NCBI GenBank assembly: GCA_001818695.1
Contig: MHJG01000003.1
Span: 4,890 to 68,889, forward strand
Origin: Candidatus Harrisonbacteria bacterium RIFCSPHIGHO2_02_FULL_42_16
Lineage (GTDB): Bacteria; Patescibacteriota; Minisyncoccia; UBA6257; 02-FULL-45-10c
Length of the DNA: 64,000 nt
Reading direction: 5' to 3'
Shown here piece after piece: positions 43,422 through 52,739 of this stretch. Position 1 is the stretch's first letter. Every line of letters begins with the position of its first letter. The position numbers were made by a program, and so were the translations under genes. Below the pieces are notes generated by a model. The model saw only the letters and a program-made list of their open reading frames with translations. It searched no databases and was not told the DNA's origin.

Positions 43422-44469
43422 ATCCGTGCCGTATCTCCACTACATCGCCATCCTGTACCACATAATCCTTTCCTTCAAGGCGCATCGCGCCTTTTTGCTT
43501 GGCGGCAACCCACGAATTCGCTTCTAATAACTTCTGCCAATTTATTACTTCCGCTCGGATGAATTTTTTCTCAAAATCAGTATGGATTACGCCAGCCGCT
43601 TGCGGCGCTTTAGTACCCTGCTTAATTGTCCAGGCGCGCGTTTCATCCTCGCCCGTGGTAAGAAAACTGATTAACCCTAAAATCTCGTAAGCTTTCTGAA
43701 TCAATCGATTCAGTTCTGAATCAGTCAAGGGATTAGTTAAATCTACTATCACATAGTCCGCGCCAAGCGATTTTATTTTTTCAATTAAATTCTGCGGTAT
43801 ATCTTCCAGCTTTCCATTTAATAAATAAATCTGCGGTTTGGCGGTCAAAAGATTTAATTCAGCTATTCTCTTATTCGTGCGAATAAGAGAATAGCTGGCA
43901 CTTGATAAAAGCTCGCCCTTTTCTAAAGTTGCTTTAGCTTCTTTTAGCGCTTCCAAATCCTTTTGAGCTTCTTTATTTCCAGTCCGGGCTTCTCCCTCCA
44001 CTTTTTTCCACGCTTTTTCTATTGTTTCCAAATCCTTTAAAGCCAACTCGGTGTTGATAATTTCCATATCCCGAATCGGGTCAACGGAATTTTCCACATG
44101 GATTATTTCGCCGGAAGGAAAACAGCGCAAGACCTCAGCTATTGCCTGCGTTTCTTTAATGTGATTTAAAAATTGGTTGCCTAGACCCTCGCCTTTGTTC
44201 GCGCCCTTTACCAGTCCGGCAATATCATAAAACTCCACCACTGCCGGAATTTTCCTCGCCCTGCCGAAGCCTTGCGCGGAGGCGGGTTTTGGAGACGACA
44301 TTTCATAAAGTTTATCCAGCCGTTCGTCCGGCACCGCCACCACACCAACATTCGGGTCAATGGTTGCGAACGGATAATTGGCGATTAAAATATCATTTTT
44401 AGTCAGCGCTTTAAAAAGCGTGGATTTCCCCACATTTGGAAGCCCAACTATGCCGATGGATAGTTTCAT
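43420..44469 (-). CDS. ychF: ribosome-binding ATPase YchF (Obg-like)
   Basis: GIVGLPNVGKSTLF and C-terminal TGS domain. Confidence 0.9.
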   Translation of the reverse strand: MKLSIGIVGLPNVGKSTLFKALTKNDILIANYPFATIDPNVGVVAVPDERLDKLYEMSSPKPASAQGFGRARKIPAVVEFYDIAGLVKGANKGEGLGNQFLNHIKETQAIAEVLRCFPSGEIIHVENSVDPIRDMEIINTELALKDLETIEKAWKKVEGEARTGNKEAQKDLEALKEAKATLEKGELLSSASYSLIRTNKRIAELNLLTAKPQIYLLNGKLEDIPQNLIEKIKSLGADYVIVDLTNPLTDSELNRLIQKAYEILGLISFLTTGEDETRAWTIKQGTKAPQAAGVIHTDFEKKFIRAEVINWQKLLEANSWVAAKQKGAMRLEGKDYVVQDGDVVEIRHG

Positions 44470-44477
44470 AGGTAAAC

Positions 44478-44735
44478 TTATCTATAAACATCTTTACGGT
44501 GGTCAATTTCAAAGAATACTGCCGTTTGTTCATTTTGAAAATAGAAAAACACCCGATATCGTCGGGTGACTCGAAATGAAAAAGCAAGCGCTAATTCACG
44601 ATTTTTCTTTATGTGTAATCGTGAATCATGCCAATTGTCTTGAAAACGCCTTTCTTGAATCGTATATAATCGTTTAATATCCGCGGGAATTTGCCTGAAT
44701 GCGCGGTTGAAGTCGCCAGTTTTTATAATTTTCAT
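44478..44735 (-). CDS. type II toxin, RelE/ParE superfamily (HigB/YoeB-like)
   Basis: 85 aa; overlaps the upstream small gene by 4 nt; conserved R/Y pattern ...RVTRRYRVFFYF... Confidence 0.55.
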   Translation of the reverse strand: MKIIKTGDFNRAFRQIPADIKRLYTIQERRFQDNWHDSRLHIKKNRELALAFSFRVTRRYRVFFYFQNEQTAVFFEIDHRKDVYR

Positions 44736-44932
44736 TTGAATACCGGGGAGTGCCGCTTGAGCGCGTTAAGATAAGATTTTTTAATCCGTTCCGGATGGCT
44801 ATATCCCGATAAATTCTCTTGCGGAAAAAGCAGGCGCATTTCATTGCGTAATTGATGAAGTTCTTTCATTAATTCCTGCTTAAGCTCTTTTTTCAGTTCC
44901 TTTTTTATTTTTTGTATAGTAGCAGTGCTCAT
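44732..44932 (-). CDS. cognate antitoxin (small helical protein)
   Basis: 66 aa; MSTATIQKIKKELKKELK..., ATGA overlap with the toxin. Confidence 0.5.
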   Translation of the reverse strand: MSTATIQKIKKELKKELKQELMKELHQLRNEMRLLFPQENLSGYSHPERIKKSYLNALKRHSPVFK

Positions 44933-45249
44933 ATATAAAGCATATTAGCACAATATATATTATAAATACAAGTAATATTACTTTATCCTTTTTCATCTCA
45001 TTTTTCAAACTAAAATCTTCCAATTTAAGGCCGATAATGCTAATCTGTTAAATAACAACTGAATCGCCTAAACCTCGCCTAAAAGCGTGGCATGGCACCA
45101 AATCGTTCTGCATATTAAACCCGTCATTAGGGCGTGCAGAACGTTATATGGGGAAACCTATATAAGCCGCAAGGCTCCTAGTGGCGGGTTTTATGTTAGA
45201 AAAGATTTGGCTTGACAAGTTATAAGTTATATGCTATCATTTACTTAAT

Positions 45250-45489
45250 ATGAAAAAATTAATCACAATCAGTCTATTATCATTATTTATAGTCGCTGGT
45301 TTAGCTAATTTAGCTGAGGCCGCTGTTCGAGTCCGCAGCTATTATAAACCTAGCACCGGAAGATATGTGATGCCCTCTTATCGCACCAGCCCAAATAAAA
45401 CTAAATTAGATAATTATTCAACAAAAGGTAATTACAATCCTTACACCGGTAAAAAAGGATATATAAATCCGTATCAATATCAATGGTAA
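45250..45489 (+). CDS. small secreted protein
   Basis: Signal peptide LLSLFIVAGLANLAEA; Tyr/Pro-rich. Confidence 0.4.
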   Translation: MKKLITISLLSLFIVAGLANLAEAAVRVRSYYKPSTGRYVMPSYRTSPNKTKLDNYSTKGNYNPYTGKKGYINPYQYQW

Positions 45490-47123
45490 AAAATACTATA
45501 ACAATTCGAATAATAGTGGCGATCTTAACGCTAATTTTATTAGTGCCATTTTCCGCTTCAGCCGCTACAAAACCCGGAAGCTTATTTTACTTTTTTGACA
45601 CGGCTTTTGAACGAGTTAATCTATTTTTCACTTTTAATCCCGAAAAGAAAGCAATGAAAGCGCTTGATTATGCCGATAAACGGCTCGCTGAAATAAAAAC
45701 CATCACAGAAGAAGGAGGAAATGCCGATGATATTAAAACTTCTATTGCTAACTATGAACGCAATATTGCTTTAGCGGCGGAGAAATCTAAAGAGATTAAA
45801 GACAAAGGACAAGAGGAAAATTTACTTAATTTAATTACGAACAGCGCTTCAAAAAATCAAGAAGTTTTATCTGCTGTTTTAGCTAAAGTCCCCGACGAAG
45901 CAAAGGGGGCTATAACTAAAGCTATTGAAGCCAGTAAAAAAGGCCAAGTAGAAGCGCTTAAACAAGTTGCCGAATTAAATAAGGAAATCGTGGGGCTTAA
46001 ACAGGAAATAGCAGAATTAAAACGCTTGCAAATTGGAAATAAACAAGCTGAAACAGAACTTAAAAAAACAGTTGCCTCTCTTCAAAAGAATCCTAAAATA
46101 TTGAATAGTAAAGAAATTATTGCCAAAGTTAAACCGGCAGTCGTTTATATAGAAACGAGTAAGGGTTCTGGAAGCGGGATGATTATAGAGAGTGACGGCT
46201 TTATATTAACTAATAACCACGTAGTAACTGGCAGTTATAGCGTTAAAGTAAAACTTTCGGATGGACGAGTATTTAACGGGGGTGTTTTGGGCAGAAATGA
46301 AATTATTGATTTAGCAATAATCAAGATAGATGGCAATAATTTACCAACGGTAGGGCTGGGTAATTCTGATGCCATAGATCAAGGAGATGAAGCATTCACT
46401 TTAGGTTATCCGCTTGGAATAGAAGGAGATGTAAGTTTTAAGGAAGGAACAGTATCGCGTAGAATTGCCGTTGGAAACATAGATTATTTAGAAATCTCTG
46501 CCGATATTCTTCCGGGAAATAGTGGCGGGCCTTTAGTTGACCAATTTGGTCAAGTTATAGGAATTAATACGGCAGTATTGCCAGAAGCAAGCGTGCAAGG
46601 AATTTCTTTAGGAGAAACATTAAAATTCGCCATACCAGTAAATATTGCTAAAACACTTATCCCTGATTTGAAAGCAGGAAAAGTTGTTATTGATGAGATA
46701 GTCCAAGCCAAAGAGGCTGCGACGAAAGCCAAGGAAGTCGAAGAAAAAAGAAAAATAGAAGAAGTAAAGATGGAGGCGGAAAGATTGGCGGCGGAAAAAA
46801 CACGAATAATAGAAGAAGAAAATAGACGCACTGAAGCTCAAATTTTAGCTGCCCAACAGTGCAGGCAAAATAAACAAGCAATAGTAACAGAATATAATAA
46901 TAGAAAATTTAATTTAGAACAACAAATCACTGATCGTAGGTCAAAATATTATGCTGATTACTCTGCCATTACTAATGTGCCGTTTGTTGTTGCTGAAATA
47001 AAACAACGTCAATATGATGCTTTAGAGAGAGAAGCTAATAGAGATATAGCTTTATTGGAGCTTGATTTAGACAATCTTTACATTGATTATTCCAGTAGAC
47101 TTAATCAGTTTCAGTGTTATTAG
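45483..47123 (+). CDS. trypsin-like serine protease (S1C/HtrA-related) with coiled-coil N- and C-terminal regions
   Basis: Catalytic triad contexts TNNHVV, DLAIIKIDG, GNSGGPL; no clear PDZ domain. Confidence 0.75.
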   Translation: MVKNTITIRIIVAILTLILLVPFSASAATKPGSLFYFFDTAFERVNLFFTFNPEKKAMKALDYADKRLAEIKTITEEGGNADDIKTSIANYERNIALAAEKSKEIKDKGQEENLLNLITNSASKNQEVLSAVLAKVPDEAKGAITKAIEASKKGQVEALKQVAELNKEIVGLKQEIAELKRLQIGNKQAETELKKTVASLQKNPKILNSKEIIAKVKPAVVYIETSKGSGSGMIIESDGFILTNNHVVTGSYSVKVKLSDGRVFNGGVLGRNEIIDLAIIKIDGNNLPTVGLGNSDAIDQGDEAFTLGYPLGIEGDVSFKEGTVSRRIAVGNIDYLEISADILPGNSGGPLVDQFGQVIGINTAVLPEASVQGISLGETLKFAIPVNIAKTLIPDLKAGKVVIDEIVQAKEAATKAKEVEEKRKIEEVKMEAERLAAEKTRIIEEENRRTEAQILAAQQCRQNKQAIVTEYNNRKFNLEQQITDRRSKYYADYSAITNVPFVVAEIKQRQYDALEREANRDIALLELDLDNLYIDYSSRLNQFQCY

Positions 47124-47149
47124 AAATGGCATTTTAGAAAAATAAATTT

Positions 47150-47365
47150 ATGAAAAAAAAATATTATGATTCACCAACTCATTGGATATTGCTTTTTATT
47201 GTTATAATAGTTTGTATTGTATTCTACCAAACTGGAAAAGAGCGGGGCTATCAGCGGGCTTATTCACAAATTTGCTGGGAAATTGAATATCAAGGTAAGT
47301 CCTGTTCGTCTTGGCTAGAACTCCAATCTATTGATCCCGGCCTAGAGCCGGATCGCTATAAATAA
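47150..47365 (+). CDS. small membrane protein
   Basis: 71 aa, one TM. Confidence 0.3.
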   Translation: MKKKYYDSPTHWILLFIVIIVCIVFYQTGKERGYQRAYSQICWEIEYQGKSCSSWLELQSIDPGLEPDRYK

Positions 47366-47615
47366 TCTTAATCACAATAAATAACTCTTTGAGAAAAATA
47401 TAGATTGATTAGTTGATATTAGAAGTAATAAATCCTATTATTTAATCAGGCCAAACCGGCCTTTTTAAATTTAAAAAAGTATGGACAGACCCATAGAGTT
47501 ATGCACACCGGTACGTTATTTGACATATTCCTAGTTATGCAATAATCTGAAAGTGATCAGTAATGATCACGATTTCTAAAGCTTAGGGGCTCCGCAAGGA
47601 GTCCCTTTTGCCATT

Positions 47616-47838
47616 TTAAGGAGAAAGTTCTCTTTTCCAGCAAATAAACTCTTTGATTTTTTGTATGTCAAAAATAAAGAGGCCGTTCTTTGTGAGTGCG
47701 TTTAATTCAGAAGAAACACGACGAGCTGTCGCAAAAAGAACTACTTTTTTACCATCACTTAATAATTGTTTTATTGGATCGGTAAAATCGCTGTCTCCGC
47801 TCCAAAGGATAAAATTTTCTGTGCCATTTTTATCATCA
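47616..47838 (-). pseudogene. fragment of an NYN-domain (LabA-like) gene lacking its 5' part
   Basis: Minus-strand frame reads ...ILWSGDSDFTDPIKQLLSDGKKVVLFATARRVSSELNALTKNGLFIFDI... (NYN SGDxDF motif) with no start codon. Confidence 0.45.
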
Positions 47839-47855
47839 TGTCAAGCACCCCCTTT

Positions 47856-47969
47856 TTAGTAAATAGTTTCGATAAGTTTTTTCTGCCGCTGTTTTTCGTA
47901 AAGTTTTTGATAATCGGGATGTAGTTTTTTGAGTTTCTTTTCAAAATCATTACTGGTGATAATCTTCAT
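47856..47969 (-). pseudogene. truncated RelE/ParE-like toxin (37 codons)
   Basis: MKIITSNDFEKKL... parallels the N-terminus of the intact toxin at 44478-44735, then stops; ATGA overlap with the upstream antitoxin. Confidence 0.4.
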
Positions 47970-48151
47970 TATCTTTGAGCGTTAAGAATAGCGCGTCTTA
48001 TTTCTTTATGATTTTTATATTCATCTAATGTTTCTTCGGGGAGATTTGAGGTAAAAGTAATAAACTTAGCAAGCTTGTCCTGAGCTTCTTTTACCCCCCT
48101 CAATTCACGTTCAACTTTTTTAAGTTTTTTCTCTAATGTCGCAGTACTCAT
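47969..48151 (-). CDS. antitoxin paralog (orphaned)
   Basis: 60 aa; MSTATLEKKLKK... paralogous to 44732-44932; similar upstream region (aatacaag...ttttcaaactaaaat). Confidence 0.45.
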   Translation of the reverse strand: MSTATLEKKLKKVERELRGVKEAQDKLAKFITFTSNLPEETLDEYKNHKEIRRAILNAQR

Positions 48152-48319
48152 ATATAAAACATTTTAACATAACATATGTTATGAATACAAGCATTTACCC
48201 TATTTTTCAAACTAAAATAGCGCACTAATCAGAAAAATTATTGCCTATTGATAATTTTATAGACTTTTTATATTATATGTGTAAGTACTTTAAAATTATC
48301 AAAGATAGGCGAGGCAAAT

Positions 48320-48841
48320 ATGAAAAAGCTGGAAATTGAACGAAGATTTCTTTTACTTTTACCGCCAAGTTTTTTTGGAGAACATTTGCTAAAGCCCTTA
48401 ATTACAGAAAAATATTCAATTTTACAGATATATCTTAAAAAATCATTTAAGAAAGCAGGAAACCGAAGAATCAGGGAGATTTATGATTCTAAGAAAAATT
48501 CTCATTCATATTTTTTGACGGAAAAACAATCAACAAAAAATCCAGTAGTAAGAGTAGAAAATGAGCGTGAAATTAGCAAAGAAGAATTTAAAAAATTGGA
48601 AGCTGAAATGGATCGAAGCCGTGACCCGATATTTAAACGGCGGGTATGTTTTGAGTGGAAAAAGCAAGAATTTGAATTAGATTTTTTTATTGCTCCCAAG
48701 AGAATTTTTGGCCTTGTAATATTAGAAATTGAATTGGAAAATCCCAAACAAAAAGTAATTCTTCCGGATTTTCTCCCGATTGCGGTGGAAATCACCAACT
48801 CTCCCGACCTTTCAAATTCAAACTTAGCAAAGCGGCCTTAA
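48320..48841 (+). CDS. CYTH-domain protein (CyaB/thiamine-triphosphatase-like triphosphate tunnel enzyme)
   Basis: N-terminal LEIERRFLL (ExExK) motif and size typical of CYTH. Confidence 0.5.
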   Translation: MKKLEIERRFLLLLPPSFFGEHLLKPLITEKYSILQIYLKKSFKKAGNRRIREIYDSKKNSHSYFLTEKQSTKNPVVRVENEREISKEEFKKLEAEMDRSRDPIFKRRVCFEWKKQEFELDFFIAPKRIFGLVILEIELENPKQKVILPDFLPIAVEITNSPDLSNSNLAKRP

Positions 48842-48944
48842 TGGGCCGTTTTTTAAACTTGACCCCGCACCTTTGAAAGAGCAGAAAACGAAATTTAGCT
48901 CATTTCAGTAATGTTTTATCTCTTACTCTTATAAAGGTGCGGGG

Positions 48945-48972
48945 TTGACAAAAATTTTGTAACTGCTATAAT
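48945..48972 (+). promoter_or_regulatory. sigma-70-like promoter TTGACA-16nt-TATAAT
   Basis: Consensus hexamers; a 12-bp inverted repeat (ccccgcaccttt / aaaggtgcgggg) lies just upstream. Confidence 0.45.
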
Positions 48973-48978
48973 AGGAAT

Positions 48979-49200
48979 ACTTGCGGAATGGCATTTAGGT
49001 GCTAATACCGTAAGGCTAAAGGGAAAAGAGCCCAAAAAGGAGTCCCCATCGAAAGATGAAGACCAAGAAAGCATCAGAATAGTAGTTTCCCCGCGACGCC
49101 GCCCCAAACTAGCCCTGGTTGTAAAGGGCTCATATCCCGATGAAAATCGGGACGGTCTGCCCCTTCCATGCGTAGTAACGTATTATGGAAGGGGCAATTT
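48979..49200 (+). ncRNA. candidate ~220-nt non-coding RNA between convergent genes
   Basis: Consensus promoter upstream; internal hairpins (agccct...agggct; atcccgatgaaaatcgggac); ends with ccccttccat...atggaagggg hairpin plus T-run; no plausible ORF. Confidence 0.3.
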
Positions 49201-49202
49201 TT

Positions 49203-49754
49203 TTAATCAATATAAAATCGATAACATTTTTTCGCCCAAACCGGACCGGCATAAGCCACGCCAATACGCGGGGCTTTTTTAATTTTATTTGGCGGAATTT
49301 TTATTCCTCTATCTTCCAGCCAAAGACCGGATTTTTTAGCAACTGGTTTACCGTTTAAGTTTTTATCAATGTGGAGCGCCTTGGTCAATTTAGCCGGGCC
49401 ATTTAATATAGAAGCGGATTGACGCGGATAGCTACGCTGATTTTTGCTGATACCTCTAATAAGAATAGCGGCGGGATAATTAATGGGCCCGGTTACGATA
49501 TTCAGCATCCAATGCATTCCGTAAGTAAAATAAACATACCAATGCCCGGTCGGACCGAACATTATCTTATTCCGCTCGGTTTTGCCCTTATGGGCATGAG
49601 ATGCCTTGTCTTTAAATCCATTGTACGCTTCCGTTTCTACAATTAAATACTTCTTAGTTTTTCCGCGGTATCGCCGGACTAAAAATTTTCCCAATAATCT
49701 TTTGGCTATTTTTACGGTATCTTTCCCGCTAAAAAACGCTTGACGTAAAAGCAT
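49203..49754 (-). CDS. DNA-3-methyladenine glycosylase (Mpg/AAG family)
   Basis: IVETEAYNG...ASHA..GKTERN..MFGP.GHWYVYFTYGMH. Confidence 0.8.
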   Translation of the reverse strand: MLLRQAFFSGKDTVKIAKRLLGKFLVRRYRGKTKKYLIVETEAYNGFKDKASHAHKGKTERNKIMFGPTGHWYVYFTYGMHWMLNIVTGPINYPAAILIRGISKNQRSYPRQSASILNGPAKLTKALHIDKNLNGKPVAKKSGLWLEDRGIKIPPNKIKKAPRIGVAYAGPVWAKKCYRFYID

Positions 49755-49800
49755 AGTTTCTTTATACTATACATTAGCGCGTTGAAAACAAGGAGATAAG

Positions 49801-50217
49801 ATGAAGCGAAATTATAATAGGGAAAAAGAAAATGTTGTGCCAAGATTATTTACAGAAAAGGAATATCAGTCTTCTAAGAAAGAACAAAGGCTTCGAAAAT
49901 TACTTAAAAATGGACGCTCAGTTCTTGAAGAAGCAAAAAAAATTAAAAAAATGCTTGGAAACGAGAATTGTCTTTATATTCTTACGGCCTTACAGCGAAA
50001 ACCGATGCGCTTCAGCCAAATTCAAAAATTATTCATTTTTGACCCAGTTCAATTAGATTCGAATTTAGAATTTTTAAGCAAAGAATTTTGGATTATCGCG
50101 CATGTCGTACCCGCAAAAGGCAAGTTTTTAGCAGTATGGAGAGTGTCAAAACGAGGAAAGATGATTTTGACATTACTTGGCATGAAATGTGGTTTATTCA
50201 AACCGCTCTCCGAATGA
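49801..50217 (+). CDS. hypothetical protein
   Basis: 138 aa; stop codon sits inside the terminator hairpin. Confidence 0.4.
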   Translation: MKRNYNREKENVVPRLFTEKEYQSSKKEQRLRKLLKNGRSVLEEAKKIKKMLGNENCLYILTALQRKPMRFSQIQKLFIFDPVQLDSNLEFLSKEFWIIAHVVPAKGKFLAVWRVSKRGKMILTLLGMKCGLFKPLSE

Positions 50218-50229
50218 GCGGTTTTTTTA
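50203..50229. terminator. intrinsic terminator between convergent genes
   Basis: ccgctc-tccgaat-gagcgg plus ttttttt; same core as 51589-51612. Confidence 0.55.
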
Positions 50230-50487
50230 TTCTTCTATTTCGTTTTCTTTTCTGGCGCCTTCCAGCGCCGCTTCAAGGTCTTTTGGATTTGAGAATCTTT
50301 TTTCCAATAATTTTGCTAATCGCTTTTTAGCCGGCTCCCCTTCTGTTGCTCGAAGATAAAGATGTAGGATACGATTGGTCTCCGCCTTTTCTGCCGCAGC
50401 TTTTTCTTTGGTGGCCTTTTTTTCTGCCATAGCCCCCTCAACTGCTTTAGTTGGGTAATGTTCATATTGTGGTTTTTTGAATTTCAT
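50227..50487 (-). CDS. hypothetical small protein (Lys/Glu/Ala-rich)
   Basis: 86 aa. Confidence 0.35.
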   Translation of the reverse strand: MKFKKPQYEHYPTKAVEGAMAEKKATKEKAAAEKAETNRILHLYLRATEGEPAKKRLAKLLEKRFSNPKDLEAALEGARKENEIEE

Positions 50488-50581
50488 AATTCTAATCTTA
50501 AATCAAACTGTATTTTTTTACAAGAGTATTTATTTGACTTCCTTTAAATTTTAAAGTAATATATAAACAGTTGTCTGATAA

Positions 50582-51583
50582 TTGAACAAGGGGGCATGTG
50601 TGAAAATAAAGTTCTGGGGAGTGCGGGGAAGCGTTCCGGCGCCATTAACTGGGGCGCAAGTTGAAGAAAAAATTAGAAAAGCGCTTTTTTTTTATCAATT
50701 TCATATCAAAATAAATCCGGGAAATCCTATGCATAATTACCAATTTCATGAGATATCAACTTATGGAGGCAATACTTCCTGCGTAGAAATTATTGCCGGC
50801 AACGAGAGAATCGCTTGCGATATGGGAACTGGGTTTAGATTGCTTGGAAATGCGCTTTTTGGCGAAGTTTTTAAAACTAAAATTCTTCGGCTTACGGTTC
50901 TTTTATCCCATCTTCACTGGGACCATATTCAAGGCCTGCCTTTTTTTGGAGAGTTATACCTGAACAAGGAGTCCGGTTTTAAGAATGATTTTACTTTTTA
51001 CGGCGGAACAAATTGGCAGAGTGGCGTGGAATCTTGTCTTCAAGGACAAATGGACCCTCCTCTTTTTCCGGTTTCTTTCAAAGAAATTGAGGACCAAACC
51101 GCTAAATTGCAGATGAATACGGTTCATGATCAAATGAGTTTCAAAATCGGAGAAGCAGTAGTTAAAACTCGAAAATTAAATCATCCGCAGGAAACTTATG
51201 GCTATCGGATTGAGCATAGCGGCAAAGTATTTGTTTACGCAACTGATAATGAGCCATACGACCCGCTGTACCCTGACCCGAAATTGCTTGACCTTGCAAA
51301 AGGCGCTGATGTATTAGTTATTGATTGCCAATATACTAAGAATATTTATGAGGGTAAGGTGGGCGGAGTTCCTCGACATGGCTGGGGACATTCTTACCCT
51401 GAAGCAGTGGCGCAAATAGCTCTGCAAGCCGGAGTTAAAAAGATGACGCTTTTTCATCATGACCCCGCATCAACTGATGAGCAAATTTATCAAATGGAAC
51501 AGAATACCCAAAATTTAGTTCACGCGCTTGGCGGCAATACAAAGGTGATTGCCGCTTATGAAGGATTAGAAATTGAACTTTAA
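50582..51583 (+). CDS. MBL-fold metallo-hydrolase
   Basis: LLSHLHWDHIQG (HxHxDH) and downstream His/Asp ligands. Confidence 0.75.
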   Translation: MNKGACVKIKFWGVRGSVPAPLTGAQVEEKIRKALFFYQFHIKINPGNPMHNYQFHEISTYGGNTSCVEIIAGNERIACDMGTGFRLLGNALFGEVFKTKILRLTVLLSHLHWDHIQGLPFFGELYLNKESGFKNDFTFYGGTNWQSGVESCLQGQMDPPLFPVSFKEIEDQTAKLQMNTVHDQMSFKIGEAVVKTRKLNHPQETYGYRIEHSGKVFVYATDNEPYDPLYPDPKLLDLAKGADVLVIDCQYTKNIYEGKVGGVPRHGWGHSYPEAVAQIALQAGVKKMTLFHHDPASTDEQIYQMEQNTQNLVHALGGNTKVIAAYEGLEIEL

Positions 51584-51588
51584 AAAAA

Positions 51589-51612
51589 ACCGCTCCCCAA
51601 ATGAGCGGTTTT
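51589..51612 (+). terminator. intrinsic terminator
   Basis: accgctc-cccaaat-gagcggt then ttt. Confidence 0.5.
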
Positions 51613-51697
51613 CCAGGAAGTGAAAAAGCGACTGCTCTCCAATGAAAATTGGAGAGTTTTTATATTTATAGTCGCTTTTCTACTTCCTGGTTTTTTA
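51613..51697 (+). repeat. large perfect hairpin (21-bp stem with nested inner hairpin) followed by a T-run
   Basis: ccaggaagtgaaaaagcgact...agtcgctttttctacttcctgg; inner ctctccaatgaaaattggagag. Confidence 0.5.
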
Positions 51698-51812
51698 TTC
51701 AAAAAAATACAAAGTCCCCGATGTATTATCGGGGACTTTCCAGCCAAATTTCTCTTTAGCTGGACACTGGCGCTTCTTCTGTAGGCGGAGTGGCAAAGAG
51801 CCGCGAAACATC

Positions 51813-52127
51813 TCAGACGTCAAACTTAACGTCATGATATGCTTCTATGCCTTCGCCGTTGGCATTGACTGCGTCCGGAATTTTAATCCGGATGGTGTCA
51901 ATGCTAACCCGTTCGATTACTTGGTCTCCGCGCAGGAGACCGTAATCTTTTGGATTAAGACAGTCATTAGGGTCGCCATAGTGGCATACCGACTTGACTG
52001 TCTTTTCTCCGCACGGGCAGCACTCAACTTCGCCGCCTAACTCATCGCCATCATAGTAGAGACCTTTGTCTACCCAGTGATAGAGATGCCCCTTTTTACA
52101 GAAGGACGCCTTACCCGGAGCTCCCAT
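51813..52127 (-). CDS. Cys-rich hypothetical protein
   Basis: 104 aa; CKKGH...ECCPCGEK...CHYGD...C; GGAGGT RBS. Confidence 0.45.
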   Translation of the reverse strand: MGAPGKASFCKKGHLYHWVDKGLYYDGDELGGEVECCPCGEKTVKSVCHYGDPNDCLNPKDYGLLRGDQVIERVSIDTIRIKIPDAVNANGEGIEAYHDVKFDV

Positions 52128-52329
52128 GACTTACCTCCTTACTTATCCCATACCTCCTCTTGCGAGTGAGGGCTTATATGGGTGGCCAACCGCAGCCATT
52201 TGCGGTTTTATGTTACTAACCTTACTGTGCTTCATTCTTTTTTCATTTTTTTCTTGCCGCTGTTGGCCTGGAGGAATTTGGGAGCCGGACGCTATAGCTT
52301 CAAGGTACTATGGTTAAAAGTATAGCACA

Positions 52330-52707
52330 TTATAAAATTCCTGTCAATTCCTCCAAAATGTCTTCCGGTATCGGTATGGCTTTGTCTTTTGGACTGGTTC
52401 CCGGGTACCGCCAGGCAGAGATAATCTTTATTCGCATGGGCGCTTTCGCATTGCCGAGTCCCGCATTGCGGGACGGAGGCGCGCTATTCGCATGCCGGAA
52501 CATGACCCAAATTTCCTCTTTCCGTTTCTGCGTGTCATTCCGTTTCATTACCGCGGTGGTTTTCGGCGCAATCCCCTCTTCTTTGCGGGCTGGATTTTTC
52601 AAGACCGTTTTAATTTTCTGTTCCGAAAGCCGGTATTGGAGCATTTTATTTTTAACATGGTTCGTCCAGGAAAAATTTTTGTCGTCTTTTGGAAATTTAA
52701 ACAGCAT
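52330..52707 (-). CDS. hypothetical protein
   Basis: 125 aa. Confidence 0.4.
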   Translation of the reverse strand: MLFKFPKDDKNFSWTNHVKNKMLQYRLSEQKIKTVLKNPARKEEGIAPKTTAVMKRNDTQKRKEEIWVMFRHANSAPPSRNAGLGNAKAPMRIKIISAWRYPGTSPKDKAIPIPEDILEELTGIL

Positions 52708-52721
52708 AAAAAGTTATAGGA

Positions 52722-52739
52722 ATCATTCGTGCGAATGAT
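52722..52739. repeat. palindrome overlapping the stop codon of the second ArsR gene
   Basis: atcattcg-tg-cgaatgat. Confidence 0.55.

Noticed and set aside
46550-46881. Three overlapping minus-strand ORFs in the protease gene
   Set aside because: They arise from the K/E-rich coiled-coil coding region read in antisense.
48916-49107. 63-aa minus-strand ORF inside the candidate ncRNA
   Set aside because: It has no RBS and odd composition, and it lies within a promoter/terminator-delimited plus-strand unit.
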